Positions 39,656 through 52,728 of a stretch of 64,000 bases of DNA are shown here, one piece after another. Where the stretch lies: assembly GCA_045606105.1 (NCBI GenBank), contig JAZURI010000009.1, positions 67,611 through 131,610 of the forward strand, written 5' to 3'. The notes under the pieces are model-generated. The model saw only the letters and a program-made list of their open reading frames with translations, was not told the DNA's origin and searched no databases. This DNA comes from Spirochaetia bacterium. GTDB lineage: Bacteria; Spirochaetota; Spirochaetia; CADAEX01. The stretch's first letter is position 1, and each line of letters begins with the position of its first letter. Made by a program: the position numbers and the translations under genes.

Positions 39656-40565
39656 CTGCTTTTCCTCTGAAATCCTCGATGGTTTCGAAGCCCATTTCTT
39701 CCATGTATTTTTCCACAAAGGACTTTACCTCAAGAACTGTTCCCGGATTCCTGAATGTGGCACAGCCGATTTCCACTGCACTGCATCCTGCAAGAATGAA
39801 CTGAACAGCCTTTTCCCCGCAGTCCACTCCTCCGCATCCGATAAGGGTAAGCTCAGGCATAGCCTTGTGAATCATGTATGCAATCCTGAGTGATATGGGA
39901 AATATTGCCGGTCCCGAAAGACCTCCGAAAACATTTCCCAGCACAGGTCTGCATTTTCTGATATCTATTCTGGTGGCCGGTACCGTATTGGTTGCAACCA
40001 CAGCATCTGCTCCTGCTTCTCCGCAGGCCAGGGCAACGGAAACCGGGTCGGTGGTGGCCGGAGTAACCTTTACCCATATCGGAACAGAGCTTACTTTTCT
40101 GCACTCTTTTACCAGCTCTATGGAAGCGTTCCTGTCTGCTCCGAAATGCATTCCTCCCTTGGCCACGTTGGGACACGATATATTTAACTCGATGGCTTTG
40201 ACGGTCGGATTTCCCGAAAGGCGTTCTGCCAGACAGATGAATTCCTCCAGGGTCTCCCCTGCAATGCTGGCCACACAGGTTGCATCAGGTGCGGTTTCGG
40301 CAAAAAGAGGAAGCTTCTTTTCTATGAAGGCATCGATTCCCACATTTGCAAGACCGATGGAATTTATCATTCCGCTGTCTGTTTCACAGCATCTTGGCGG
40401 AACATTGCCCGGTCTTGGTTTTAAGGAAACCGATTTAAGGATTACGGCACCCCAGTCGCCGGCAGGGGAGAGGTCGTTGTACTCCATTCCGTATCCGAAG
40501 GTTCCGCTGGCTGCAATAAACGGATTTGACAGCTCCAGGCTGCCTACTTTTGTAAGAAGACTCAT
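39645..40565 (-). CDS. pyrD: dihydroorotate dehydrogenase family 1B catalytic subunit
   Basis: ASGTFG, PR.GN..PR, NSIGLAN.G, ELNISCPN and GGLSG motifs. Confidence 0.95.
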   Translation of the reverse strand: MSLLTKVGSLELSNPFIAASGTFGYGMEYNDLSPAGDWGAVILKSVSLKPRPGNVPPRCCETDSGMINSIGLANVGIDAFIEKKLPLFAETAPDATCVASIAGETLEEFICLAERLSGNPTVKAIELNISCPNVAKGGMHFGADRNASIELVKECRKVSSVPIWVKVTPATTDPVSVALACGEAGADAVVATNTVPATRIDIRKCRPVLGNVFGGLSGPAIFPISLRIAYMIHKAMPELTLIGCGGVDCGEKAVQFILAGCSAVEIGCATFRNPGTVLEVKSFVEKYMEEMGFETIEDFRGKAVIF

Positions 40566-41317
40566 AATACCACCTCTTCTGCTCTGAAAACAGGGCCATC
40601 CTCACAGGCCTTTGCATAACCGCCTTTGGTCAGGGGAACTGCGCATCCGGCACAGGCACCCATACCGCAGGCCATGAATTCCTCTGTGGAGAGCCATGTC
40701 GGGATTCCGTATTTTTCCGAAAGCATCTGTGCCCCCTTGAGAAGCCCTCTCGGACCGCATGCAACTATTAAGTCGGGTCTGCCGGATACAAGGTGCCGGC
40801 AGGCGTTTTCAATTACATTTCCCTTTTCGCCCCGGGAACCGTCATCGGTAGATATTATGCAGTTTTCAGGCAGCATTTCATCCTCCGGAAGCTCTTTGCC
40901 GGACTTGCCGCCCCAGAAAACCACATCATCTGCATTGTTATGTACTGAATTAAGGAAAAACAGGGATGCGATTCCTGTTCCTCCGCCGAGGAACCAGATA
41001 CGCTTTTCCTTGTCGAAAACAGGATAGCTGTTACCCAGGGGCCCCATGATTTCCACTGTATCACCCTCCCTGAGGGCAGTAATGGCCGCAGTTCCCTTGC
41101 CGATATTCTTGATTACGAAATCCAGGGAATGATCCCGGTTGCCGGCAACTGAAAAGGGGCGTCTCAGAAAAGCTCCCGATTCCGTAGGGGGAAGAAAGCT
41201 TACAAAATTGCCCGGTATGAGCTGCTCCGATATTTCGGGAAGCCTGATTTTTATGAAATGAAGATTTTCAGCTGCTCTTATATTTGAAACAACAGTTCCT
41301 TTTTCGATTTTCCGCAT
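40562..41317 (-). CDS. pyrK: dihydroorotate dehydrogenase electron transfer subunit
   Basis: RRPFS, GPLGN, GGGTG and E.MACG.GAC.GC..C.DGPVF motifs. Confidence 0.93.
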   Translation of the reverse strand: MRKIEKGTVVSNIRAAENLHFIKIRLPEISEQLIPGNFVSFLPPTESGAFLRRPFSVAGNRDHSLDFVIKNIGKGTAAITALREGDTVEIMGPLGNSYPVFDKEKRIWFLGGGTGIASLFFLNSVHNNADDVVFWGGKSGKELPEDEMLPENCIISTDDGSRGEKGNVIENACRHLVSGRPDLIVACGPRGLLKGAQMLSEKYGIPTWLSTEEFMACGMGACAGCAVPLTKGGYAKACEDGPVFRAEEVVL

Positions 41318-41409
41318 ATTTACCTCAAGAGAAATTTATCACAGAAAAAGATGTAGGGCAACAAGATACATCACTTTCTAATTTTTTGTATCTGTGTTAT
41401 ATTGATTGT

Positions 41410-44262
41410 ATGAGTTTCAGATTTTTAAATGCCGATTGTCTGGATGAGTTCAATTCCACAGGCTTCAGCTATATACATGAGGAAACGGGCTGCCGGGTCT
41501 ATCATGTAAAGAACGATGATCCCGAAAATCTTTTTGCCTTTGTCTTTACCACCCCGCCGGAGGATAACTGCGGTACAGCCCATATCATGGAGCATTCTGT
41601 CCTGTCCGGCTCGGAAAACTTTCCGGTAAAGGATCCGTTTCTTCATCTGATGAAAAACAGCGTCAACACATTCCTCAATGCCATGACCTACCCGGACAGG
41701 ACTCTTTATCCTGCCTCTTCGGTGGTTCCCAAGGATTATTTCAATCTCATGAAGGTATACGGGGATGCTGTTTTCTTTCCTCTTCTCAGGAAGGAGACCT
41801 TCATGCAGGAGGGAATCAGATTTGAGACCGACAAGGAGGGAAAGCCCGGGTTACAGGGTGTTGTATACAACGAAATGAAGGGAAACTACAGCGAGCAGGG
41901 GGCTGTTCTTAACGAATATTCCCATAGGAGCCTTTTTCCCGATACAGCCTTCCGTTTTGATTCCGGCGGAGAGCCTGATGCCATTCCTGAGCTTACATAC
42001 GAAAAGTTCAGGGCTTTTCATGAAAAATATTATCATCCGTCAAACTGCCGTATCTTCCTATACGGAAACATAGATACCGAAACCCAGCTTGACTTTATAG
42101 AAAAGGAATTTCTCTGCCGTTTCAGCGGAAAAAAGGAACCTGCAGCACCGGTTCCCCTTCAGGAGAAATATGGGGAGAGCTTCCGTTATACTGCCGGCTT
42201 TCCTGCTTCGGAGGGAGTTGAGGACGGCAGTGCTTCAGTCAACTGGCTCTGCGGCGAAAGCACAGACCCCGAATATGTCTTCAAGATGAGAATCCTTTCC
42301 GATATCCTGCTGGACAATCCTTCCTCAATCCTTTACCGCCGTATAGTGGAATCGGATATTGCCGAGGATGTTTCCTCAGTTACCGGTATATGCAGCACCA
42401 GACGGCAGACTATTTGCTCTGTTGCAGTCAGGGGAATAGACAGGGAGAATGTGGATGAATTCGGCAGGTTCATTTTCAGGGAGCTGGAGGATATTGCTTC
42501 GCAGACCATTCCTGAGGAGCTTGTGGAGGCGGCCCTTTCCAAAATCGATTTCAGGATGAGGGAAAAGAATCCGCACTTCGGACTTTCTCTCCTTTCCGGC
42601 ATGGTTCCGGGCTGGATCTACTGCGATTCACCGGTGGCCACAATGTGCCGCAGGGCCCCTTTTGAGGCAGTCAGGGCGGAATATATGGCAGACAAGGAGC
42701 TTTTCAACCGGTTCATAAGGAGCGAGCTGCTTGAGAACCCTCACTACAGCCTTGTTTCGGTTTTTCCTGAGGATGAAAACAACAAGCCGGAGACAAAGGT
42801 TGCTGTTCCTGAAAATTACGAAAAAGATCTCAGCCTTTTTGAGGCTTACAAGAACAGCATCGATACACCGGAGGCGATTGCCCTCATCCCTAAGCTTCAT
42901 CGTGACGATATCAGCGTGGACATAAAGAAGCCTGACTTTACCAGGGAGACATCGGAAAACGGTCTTTTCTATACCAACCGGATCTTTACCGGGGGCATTG
43001 TCTATACCAATATTTTCTTTGATGCAGAGAAGCTGAATGACCGGTATCTGGCCTACATACCTCTGCTCTGTGCCCTGCTTGAGGAAACCGGTCTTCCGGG
43101 AATCCCGTACTACGAGGTATCCTCCAGAATGGATATTCTTTCCGGCAGCTGGTATATTTCCAACATAAGCGAATCCTGTACCGACGGTTCCGTCAGGAAG
43201 TATCTGATGGTCAGGTTTGCCGCCCTTGAAGAGAAGGCACGGGAAAGTGCCTCCTTCATGTTCGAGATACTGAAGAACGGCTGTCTGGATGATACGGACA
43301 GAATCAAGGCTGTGATAACCAGCATAAGGAACGACCTTAAGGAAGAGATTTTTGACAACGGTCATTATATTGCGGCAATGGCAGCATCGGGCCGTCTTTC
43401 GGAGTCTTCCTACATGTACAGCCTGTGGAACGGCATTCCTCAGCTTCAGTTCCTGGAGAGCCTGGATACCGACAATGAGGAGCAGATGAAGGAAACTGCC
43501 CGGATTCTGGAGCAGGTAAGAAATTTCGTTTTCTCCGATGCCGGCAGAATATTCAATATTGTATGCTGTGATGATTTTGATGCCGAAGATTACAGGAAGC
43601 ATCTTTCAGGACTCTGCTTTGTCAGGGAATCTTCCATAACTGCAGATCCTACCCCTTTTGTTCCCTCCTACGGTGCGGAATGCTACGAAACCGGAAGCCT
43701 TGTAAACTACAATGCCAGGGTGATAAAGGCAGACGGATGCCCTCTGGATATGGTTCCTGCCGCAGTTCTTTCCGATATTCTTTCCACAGGATACCTCTGG
43801 GAAAAGATAAGAATGGAGGGTGGTGCCTACGGAGCCTCAGCCTCTTCCGACTTCATGGACAGGATATTCAACTTTTCCTCATATCGAGATCCGGCTCTGG
43901 AAGCTACCTACGATATCTTCAGAAAAGCCTTTTCCGAAGAGGAGGCCGGAAAAATCACGGAAGATATCCTTGAGAAGAGCGTAATCAAGCTGGCGGGACA
44001 GGAGCTGAGACCGAAATCCCCGTCCCTTCTGGGACTGAGCCAATGTGTAAGGGATTTCAGGGGCATCACCTATGAGATCAGGAAAAAGAGACTGGAGTCT
44101 CTTCTTGGTCTTTCAATGAAGGATATCACCGATACCATAGAGGTTCTGAGAAACAACGGGGACAAGGAAGCCTGTGTAGTTATTGCGGGAAAAGACTCTG
44201 TGAAAAAAGAAAAAAAATTTCTTGATGAAAACAGATTCAAAAAAATTAAAATTTCTATATAA
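41410..44262 (+). CDS. M16C family metallopeptidase (presequence protease-like)
   Basis: HIMEHSVL.GS, FLNAMT, GVVYNEMKG, YHPSN and IRMEGGAYG motifs; start ATG 41410. Confidence 0.92.
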   Translation: MSFRFLNADCLDEFNSTGFSYIHEETGCRVYHVKNDDPENLFAFVFTTPPEDNCGTAHIMEHSVLSGSENFPVKDPFLHLMKNSVNTFLNAMTYPDRTLYPASSVVPKDYFNLMKVYGDAVFFPLLRKETFMQEGIRFETDKEGKPGLQGVVYNEMKGNYSEQGAVLNEYSHRSLFPDTAFRFDSGGEPDAIPELTYEKFRAFHEKYYHPSNCRIFLYGNIDTETQLDFIEKEFLCRFSGKKEPAAPVPLQEKYGESFRYTAGFPASEGVEDGSASVNWLCGESTDPEYVFKMRILSDILLDNPSSILYRRIVESDIAEDVSSVTGICSTRRQTICSVAVRGIDRENVDEFGRFIFRELEDIASQTIPEELVEAALSKIDFRMREKNPHFGLSLLSGMVPGWIYCDSPVATMCRRAPFEAVRAEYMADKELFNRFIRSELLENPHYSLVSVFPEDENNKPETKVAVPENYEKDLSLFEAYKNSIDTPEAIALIPKLHRDDISVDIKKPDFTRETSENGLFYTNRIFTGGIVYTNIFFDAEKLNDRYLAYIPLLCALLEETGLPGIPYYEVSSRMDILSGSWYISNISESCTDGSVRKYLMVRFAALEEKARESASFMFEILKNGCLDDTDRIKAVITSIRNDLKEEIFDNGHYIAAMAASGRLSESSYMYSLWNGIPQLQFLESLDTDNEEQMKETARILEQVRNFVFSDAGRIFNIVCCDDFDAEDYRKHLSGLCFVRESSITADPTPFVPSYGAECYETGSLVNYNARVIKADGCPLDMVPAAVLSDILSTGYLWEKIRMEGGAYGASASSDFMDRIFNFSSYRDPALEATYDIFRKAFSEEEAGKITEDILEKSVIKLAGQELRPKSPSLLGLSQCVRDFRGITYEIRKKRLESLLGLSMKDITDTIEVLRNNGDKEACVVIAGKDSVKKEKKFLDENRFKKIKISI

Positions 44263-44287
44263 TTCTGAACACTGAGAGGAGAATTCA

Positions 44288-45973
44288 ATGGCAACAGAAG
44301 AAAATAAAATCATATATTCCATGGTAAGGGTAAGCAAATCCTATAACCAGAAAAAAATTCTTGAAGATATATATCTTTCCTATTTTTACGGTGCAAAAAT
44401 AGGAGTTCTGGGTCTCAACGGTTCAGGTAAATCCTCCCTGCTCAAGATTCTTGCAGGAGTAGATAAGGAATTCAACGGAGAAACCATACTGGCTCCGGGA
44501 TATACAATCGGTTATCTCGAACAGGAGCCTCAGCTGGATCCTGAAAAGACAGTCCGTGAAGTGGTAGAGGAGGGAGTTTCCGAAATCGTGGCTCTTCTCA
44601 GGGAATATGATGAAATCAATGAATCTTTCGGCAACGAAATGACAGATGATGAAATGGACAAGCTGCTCCAGAGACAGGGAGAGGTTCAGGACAAGCTGGA
44701 CAACCTGGGTGCATGGGAGCTGGATTCCAGGTTGGAGCTGGCAATGGATGCCCTCCGCTGTCCGCCGGAGGATACAAAGATCGAAGTTCTTTCCGGTGGT
44801 GAAAAACGTCGTGTGGCCCTGTGCCGTCTTCTTCTCCAGAAACCGGATATCCTCCTTCTGGACGAGCCTACCAACCATCTGGATGCGGAAACCGTTTCCT
44901 GGCTTGAGCACCATCTCCAGCAGTATGAAGGAACTGTTATTGCCGTTACCCACGACCGTTATTTCCTTGACAATGTTGCAGGTTGGATTCTTGAGCTGGA
45001 CAGGGGAAAGGGAATTCCATGGAAGGGAAATTACTCCTCCTGGCTTGAACAGAAGGAACAGCGCCTTGCCCTTGAAGAGAAGCAGGAGACTGAAAGACAG
45101 AAGACTCTCAAGAGAGAGCTTGAATGGATCCGCATGAGCCCTAAGGGAAGACACGATAAGTCCAAGGCTCGTATCAATGCCTACGAAAATCTTCTCAGCG
45201 AAGAGACAGAAAAGAGAGACAAGGAGCTTCAGATCTATATTCCTGCAGGTCCGAGACTGGGTGATAAGGTCATTGTTGCGGAAAACATCAAAAAGAGCTA
45301 CGGAGACAGAGTTCTCGTGGAAGATATGAACTTCAACCTTCCTGCCGGAGGTATCATCGGAGTTGTAGGTCCTAACGGAGCCGGTAAGACCACACTTTTC
45401 AGAATGATTACGGGACAGGAAAAGCCGGATTCAGGTTCCATCCAGGTTGGAGAGACAGTAAAGCTTGCCTATGTGGAACAGACCAGGGAAAAGGTGGATC
45501 CGAACAAGACCATATATGATGTAATTTCCGGTGGAAGCGACATGATCAAGCTTGGAAGCAGGGAAATCAACTCCAGGGCCTATGTTGCAAGGTTCAATTT
45601 CTCAGGTGCAGACCAGCAGAAAAAAACAGGAGTTCTCTCCGGAGGTGAAAGAAACAGGGTTCAGCTGGCCATGATGCTCAAGGAAGGGGCAAATGTGCTT
45701 CTCCTGGACGAGCCTACCAACGACCTTGATGTAAACACCATGCGTGCTCTTGAAGAGGGAATTCTCAATTTTGCGGGATGTGTTATCGTTATCAGCCATG
45801 ACCGCTGGTTCCTGGACAGGATTGCAACCCATATCCTTGCCTTCGAGGGAGACAGCAAGGTTTTCTGGTTTGAAGGAAACTATTCCGAATACGAGGAAAA
45901 CAAGAAGAAGAGACTGGGCATTGATGCCAACCAGCCTCACAGAATAAAGTACAGAAGCCTCACCAGGGATTAA
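44288..45973 (+). CDS. ettA: energy-dependent translational throttle protein EttA (ABC-F)
   Basis: Two ABC domains; [19 protein letters not shown]...PK.R..KSKAR and IP.GPRLG motifs. Confidence 0.95.
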   Translation: MATEENKIIYSMVRVSKSYNQKKILEDIYLSYFYGAKIGVLGLNGSGKSSLLKILAGVDKEFNGETILAPGYTIGYLEQEPQLDPEKTVREVVEEGVSEIVALLREYDEINESFGNEMTDDEMDKLLQRQGEVQDKLDNLGAWELDSRLELAMDALRCPPEDTKIEVLSGGEKRRVALCRLLLQKPDILLLDEPTNHLDAETVSWLEHHLQQYEGTVIAVTHDRYFLDNVAGWILELDRGKGIPWKGNYSSWLEQKEQRLALEEKQETERQKTLKRELEWIRMSPKGRHDKSKARINAYENLLSEETEKRDKELQIYIPAGPRLGDKVIVAENIKKSYGDRVLVEDMNFNLPAGGIIGVVGPNGAGKTTLFRMITGQEKPDSGSIQVGETVKLAYVEQTREKVDPNKTIYDVISGGSDMIKLGSREINSRAYVARFNFSGADQQKKTGVLSGGERNRVQLAMMLKEGANVLLLDEPTNDLDVNTMRALEEGILNFAGCVIVISHDRWFLDRIATHILAFEGDSKVFWFEGNYSEYEENKKKRLGIDANQPHRIKYRSLTRD

Positions 45974-45984
45974 TCCCTGGTTTT
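45962..45984 (+). terminator. hairpin overlapping the ettA stop, probable terminator
   Basis: ACCAGGGAT-TA-ATCCCTGGT followed by TTT. Confidence 0.5.
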
Positions 45985-45993
45985 GGGGGCTTT

Positions 45994-46356
45994 TCAGTCC
46001 TTTTTCTTCTCTTTTTTCTTTTTCTCTTTCTCTTTCTCGGCCTTTTTCTTTTCTTTCTCTTTGGCTTTTTCGGCCTTCTTTTTCTCTTTTTCCTTGGCCT
46101 TTGCTTCCTTATCTTTCTTGAATTCCTTGTACTCCTTCTTGAGATCGGCAGCATCCTTCTTCATTTTCTTGGAGGCTTCCTTCTGCTGCTTCTTGAAGGC
46201 TTTCTTGAATTCCTTTCCTATTTTCTTGGTGCCGTCCTTGGTTTTTTCCCAGGTGGTCTTTGTGTTTTCCTTGATTTCACTTTCTGCTGCCACGGCCGGA
46301 TAGCATACAGTAAGCATGAAAACCATGGTGATTACTGATAAAATTTTTTTCTTCAT
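45994..46356 (-). CDS. exported Lys/Glu-rich low-complexity protein
   Basis: Signal peptide MKKKILSV..AVAA; repeated AKEKEKKKAEK. Confidence 0.7.
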   Translation of the reverse strand: MKKKILSVITMVFMLTVCYPAVAAESEIKENTKTTWEKTKDGTKKIGKEFKKAFKKQQKEASKKMKKDAADLKKEYKEFKKDKEAKAKEKEKKKAEKAKEKEKKKAEKEKEKKKKEKKKD

Positions 46357-46424
46357 GGGAAAAATATAACACGATGTTATGAGATAGACAAGAAAAATTA
46401 TTTTTATGATTTGAAAAAAAAGAA

Positions 46425-46496
46425 TAGTCCCTAGGGGAGTCGAACCCCTCTTTTAAGAATGAGAATCTCATGTCCTAACCAATAGACGAAGGGACC
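46425..46496 (-). tRNA. tRNA-Glu (CTC), no encoded CCA
   Basis: Acceptor GGTCCCT/AGGGACT; anticodon arm TGAGA-TTCTCAT-TCTTA; GGTTCGACT T-loop. Confidence 0.93.
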
Positions 46497-46510
46497 TCAA
46501 AAAAAATAAA

Positions 46511-46582
46511 CTGCCCGAAGAGGACTTGAACCCCTAATACAAGAGCCAGAATCTCGTGTGTTGCCAATTACACCATCGGGCA
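46511..46582 (-). tRNA. tRNA-Gln (CTG), no encoded CCA
   Basis: Acceptor TGCCCGA/TCGGGCA; anticodon arm CGAGA-TTCTGGC-TCTTG; GGTTCAAGT T-loop. Confidence 0.93.
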
Positions 46583-46635
46583 ATAAAAATTTGCATATTT
46601 ACATTACAAAATTGACGGATTATTGTCAACTATCT

Positions 46636-48198
46636 TTACTTTAAAATGTTGTAATAATAATCAAGACTGTCTACCAGGGCCTCCCATGATGCCTCGATGA
46701 TATTCTCTGAAACCCCGATGGTATCCCATTCCCGTCTGCCGTCGGTGGATCGGATAAGTACACGGACCTTTGCGGCGGTACCGGACTGAGGGTCATAGAT
46801 CCTTACCTTGTAGTCCACCAGCTTTATATCCCGGATAAAAGGATGATGAGGCTGAAGCGCCCCTTTCATGGCCTCGTTCAGGGCATCTACAGGACCTACG
46901 CTGATTCCTGCTCCCATGACATTCTTGGAGTCTGTGGTCATGAAGACCCTGGCTACGGTTTTTGCCGGTGCTTCTCCTGTCTTGAAGGTTTCCAGATGAT
47001 AGTTGTTGAGCTCCACAAAGGATTTGTATTTTTTAAGGCATTTTGCGATAAGAAGCTCGAAGGAGGCTTCTGCTCCCTCATATTCATAACCTACCGCCTC
47101 CTTGGATTTAAGGAGTGAAAGGACACTTTTTACCGCCTTGCTGTTCTTGTCGAATTCTCCGAATTTCCTCATTTTTGCAAGAACCGTGGATTTTCCCGAA
47201 AGCTCTGAAAGAAGAATCTGTCTGGAATTTCCCACCGCAGAGGAAGGGATATGTTCAATAAGCTCTCCTGCTTTCAGTACCGCATCTGCATGAAGCCCCG
47301 CCTTGTGGCTGAAAGCCGCTTCCCCCACATATGGCTGTCTTTTTTCGGGAAGTATGTTGGCCAGCTCGTAGAAGAACTTGGATACATAGGTTATGCTGTT
47401 CAGGTTTTCGGAAATATTGGCCCTGTGCATGGTTTTCAGACAGATATCTGGGGCAAATACGCAGAGATTTGTATTTCCGCACCGTTCTCCCCATCCGTTT
47501 ATGGTTCCCTGAACATGGCTTATATTGTCAAATTCCACAGCCAGCAATGAGTTGGCCACCGCAGTACCGCAGTCGTTGTGAAAATGGACTCCCAATGGGG
47601 GAAAGCTGCCTGTATCAAGGCTTGCCAGGGTTTTCTGAAGCTGGGCCGGAAGTATTCCGCCGTTGGTATCGCACATTACCAGAAGATCGGCTCCGCCGTC
47701 GGCTGCACTTTTCATGGTTTTCAGCACATATTCCCTGTCGGAGGTAAGGCCGTCAAAGAAATGCTCCAGGGCAAAGAAAACCTTTATTCCCCGTTCCTTC
47801 AGGAACTGCACCGACCTGTATATCATGTCCAGGTTCTCTTCCGGATCTGTCATGATTATCTTTTCCACATGGGCCTTCCATGCCTTTCCCACCAGGGTCA
47901 CATATTCTGTTTCCGCCCTGAGGAGAGCCTGCAGATGGGAATCTGAAGCCACATCGGTTTTAGGACTTTTGGTAAAGCCGAAAGAAACCAGCTTTGCATG
48001 GGAAAGGGTCTCCTTTTTCATTTTTTCAAAGAAGCGTACATCCTTGATATTGGATGAAGGAAAGCCCCCTTCGATATAATCAATCTTCAGCTCGTCAAGC
48101 TTTCTGGCTGCCCTTATCTTGTCTGCCAGACTGAGGTTTATGTCTATTCCCTGGGTTCCGTCCCGGAGTGTAGTATCGTAAAGCTCTATTTTTTTCAT
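46636..48198 (-). CDS. cimA: citramalate synthase
   Basis: YDTTLRDGTQ, YIEGGFP.SN, EHFFDG, LCDTNGG-like motif, AFSHKAGLH and SELSG motifs. Confidence 0.9.
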   Translation of the reverse strand: MKKIELYDTTLRDGTQGIDINLSLADKIRAARKLDELKIDYIEGGFPSSNIKDVRFFEKMKKETLSHAKLVSFGFTKSPKTDVASDSHLQALLRAETEYVTLVGKAWKAHVEKIIMTDPEENLDMIYRSVQFLKERGIKVFFALEHFFDGLTSDREYVLKTMKSAADGGADLLVMCDTNGGILPAQLQKTLASLDTGSFPPLGVHFHNDCGTAVANSLLAVEFDNISHVQGTINGWGERCGNTNLCVFAPDICLKTMHRANISENLNSITYVSKFFYELANILPEKRQPYVGEAAFSHKAGLHADAVLKAGELIEHIPSSAVGNSRQILLSELSGKSTVLAKMRKFGEFDKNSKAVKSVLSLLKSKEAVGYEYEGAEASFELLIAKCLKKYKSFVELNNYHLETFKTGEAPAKTVARVFMTTDSKNVMGAGISVGPVDALNEAMKGALQPHHPFIRDIKLVDYKVRIYDPQSGTAAKVRVLIRSTDGRREWDTIGVSENIIEASWEALVDSLDYYYNILK

Positions 48199-49709
48199 GA
48201 TTGTTCACCACCCGGCTCGTTTTTGTTCAGTGCATTGAGATAAGCCTTTGCACAGGCCTCCAGAATGTTGGTGGAGGCTCCCTTGCCGGAAAATTTCTTT
48301 CCGTTCTTGCTGATTCGTACCGAAGCCTCGCCTATGGATTCACGGCCCGGACTTACAGCCTGGATATGGAATTCCTCAAGGACGGCATGGAGTCCGGTTG
48401 CCCGGTCTATGGCATTGAAGATGGCTGAAACAGGGCCGTCTCCTATGGCTGCCTCCTGGATTATTCCCTCTCCCGATTCAATCTGTACCGTAGCGGTGGA
48501 AAGGCCTGAATTACCCGAAAGTATGTTGAAATATTTTATTCTGAGGGTATCGGTCTTTTTTCCCAGCTCGTCATTTATGATTGCAATGAGATCCTCATCG
48601 AATATCTCTATCTTGGTGTCGGCTGTCTTGAGAAAAACAGGATAGATTTTCTTTATTTCCTCGTTGGTAAGGCTGAATCCCAGCTGTCTTACCCTTTTCT
48701 TGAAACCGCTGATTCCGGAATGGCGGCCCAGTACTATGTCATTGCTTTCCCGTCCGATTTCGGAGGGTGCCATGATTTCGTAGGTTTCACGGTTCTTCAG
48801 TACACCGTCCTGATGGATTCCCGATTCATGGGCAAAGATATTTTCTCCCACGATAGGCTTGTTTTTCGGAATAGGGTAGTTGATGTTGTTGGCTACCATC
48901 CTGGAGGTGTTGTATATGTTCTTTGTTACTATGCCGGTGGAGAAATGATAGAGATCCTTCCTCTTGTTCAGGACCATAACCAGCTCCTCCAGGGAGGCAT
49001 TTCCGGCCCTTTCCCCGATACCGTTCACCGTAAGCTCTGCCTGTCTTGCTCCTGCCTGGAGTCCGGAAATGGTGTTGGCTATGGCCAGTCCCATATCGTT
49101 GTGACAATGTACGGAAAGGACAGCCTTGTCAATGTTTCCCACTCCTTCCCTGATATGCTTTATGAGGGAATAGAATTCAGACGGGGTTGAATAGCCCACC
49201 GTATCGGGAATATTGATGATGGTAGCCCCTGCGGCAATCACCTTTTCAAGAATCCTGATCAGGAATGCCCTGCTGCTCCTGGTTGCATCCTCAGGAGAGA
49301 ATTCCACTCTTGGAAATTTCTTCCTGGCATATTTTACCGCCTTTACCGCCATGTCCAGTACTTCATCCTCTGTCCTTTTCAGCTTGTACTGCATATGGAT
49401 GGGGGATGTGGCAATAAAAATGTGTGCCAGCGGCTCCTCAGCTCCTGCCAGGGCCTCTGCGGCAGAATCTATATCCTTCTTTACAGCCCTTGCCAGAGCC
49501 GAGATTCCGGTATTCCTCACATTGTCGGCAATAAGCTTCACCGCCTTGAACTGAACCGGAGAAGAGATGGGAAAGCCTGCTTCGATGTTGTCCACACCAA
49601 GCTTTTCCAGCTGAAATGCTATTTCCAGTTTCTGTTCGGGAGACATTGCGGCTCCGGGAGCCTGTTCACCGTCCCTGAGCGTTGTATCAAAGATTCTTAT
49701 TTTTTCCAT
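48195..49709 (-). CDS. leuA: 2-isopropylmalate synthase
   Basis: FDTTLRDGEQAPG, HCHND.G, GERAGNA and FAHESGIHQDG motifs. Confidence 0.95.
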   Translation of the reverse strand: MEKIRIFDTTLRDGEQAPGAAMSPEQKLEIAFQLEKLGVDNIEAGFPISSPVQFKAVKLIADNVRNTGISALARAVKKDIDSAAEALAGAEEPLAHIFIATSPIHMQYKLKRTEDEVLDMAVKAVKYARKKFPRVEFSPEDATRSSRAFLIRILEKVIAAGATIINIPDTVGYSTPSEFYSLIKHIREGVGNIDKAVLSVHCHNDMGLAIANTISGLQAGARQAELTVNGIGERAGNASLEELVMVLNKRKDLYHFSTGIVTKNIYNTSRMVANNINYPIPKNKPIVGENIFAHESGIHQDGVLKNRETYEIMAPSEIGRESNDIVLGRHSGISGFKKRVRQLGFSLTNEEIKKIYPVFLKTADTKIEIFDEDLIAIINDELGKKTDTLRIKYFNILSGNSGLSTATVQIESGEGIIQEAAIGDGPVSAIFNAIDRATGLHAVLEEFHIQAVSPGRESIGEASVRISKNGKKFSGKGASTNILEACAKAYLNALNKNEPGGEQS

Positions 49710-49798
49710 ACTTTATCTTCAAATAGTAGATTGAAGAAATTCATTTGTCAACAATTATAATTATGGTAAAAAAAAAGTATATGTAGTATATTTAGTAT

Positions 49799-52697
<2,899 letters not shown>

Positions 52698-52728
52698 AAA
52701 TCTTTTATTAAGGACATAGAATCCGGAT

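Noticed and set aside
45983-46303. Phe/Ser-rich hydrophobic ORF on the + strand
   Set aside because: Mirror of the Lys-rich gene, which has the signal peptide and promoter.
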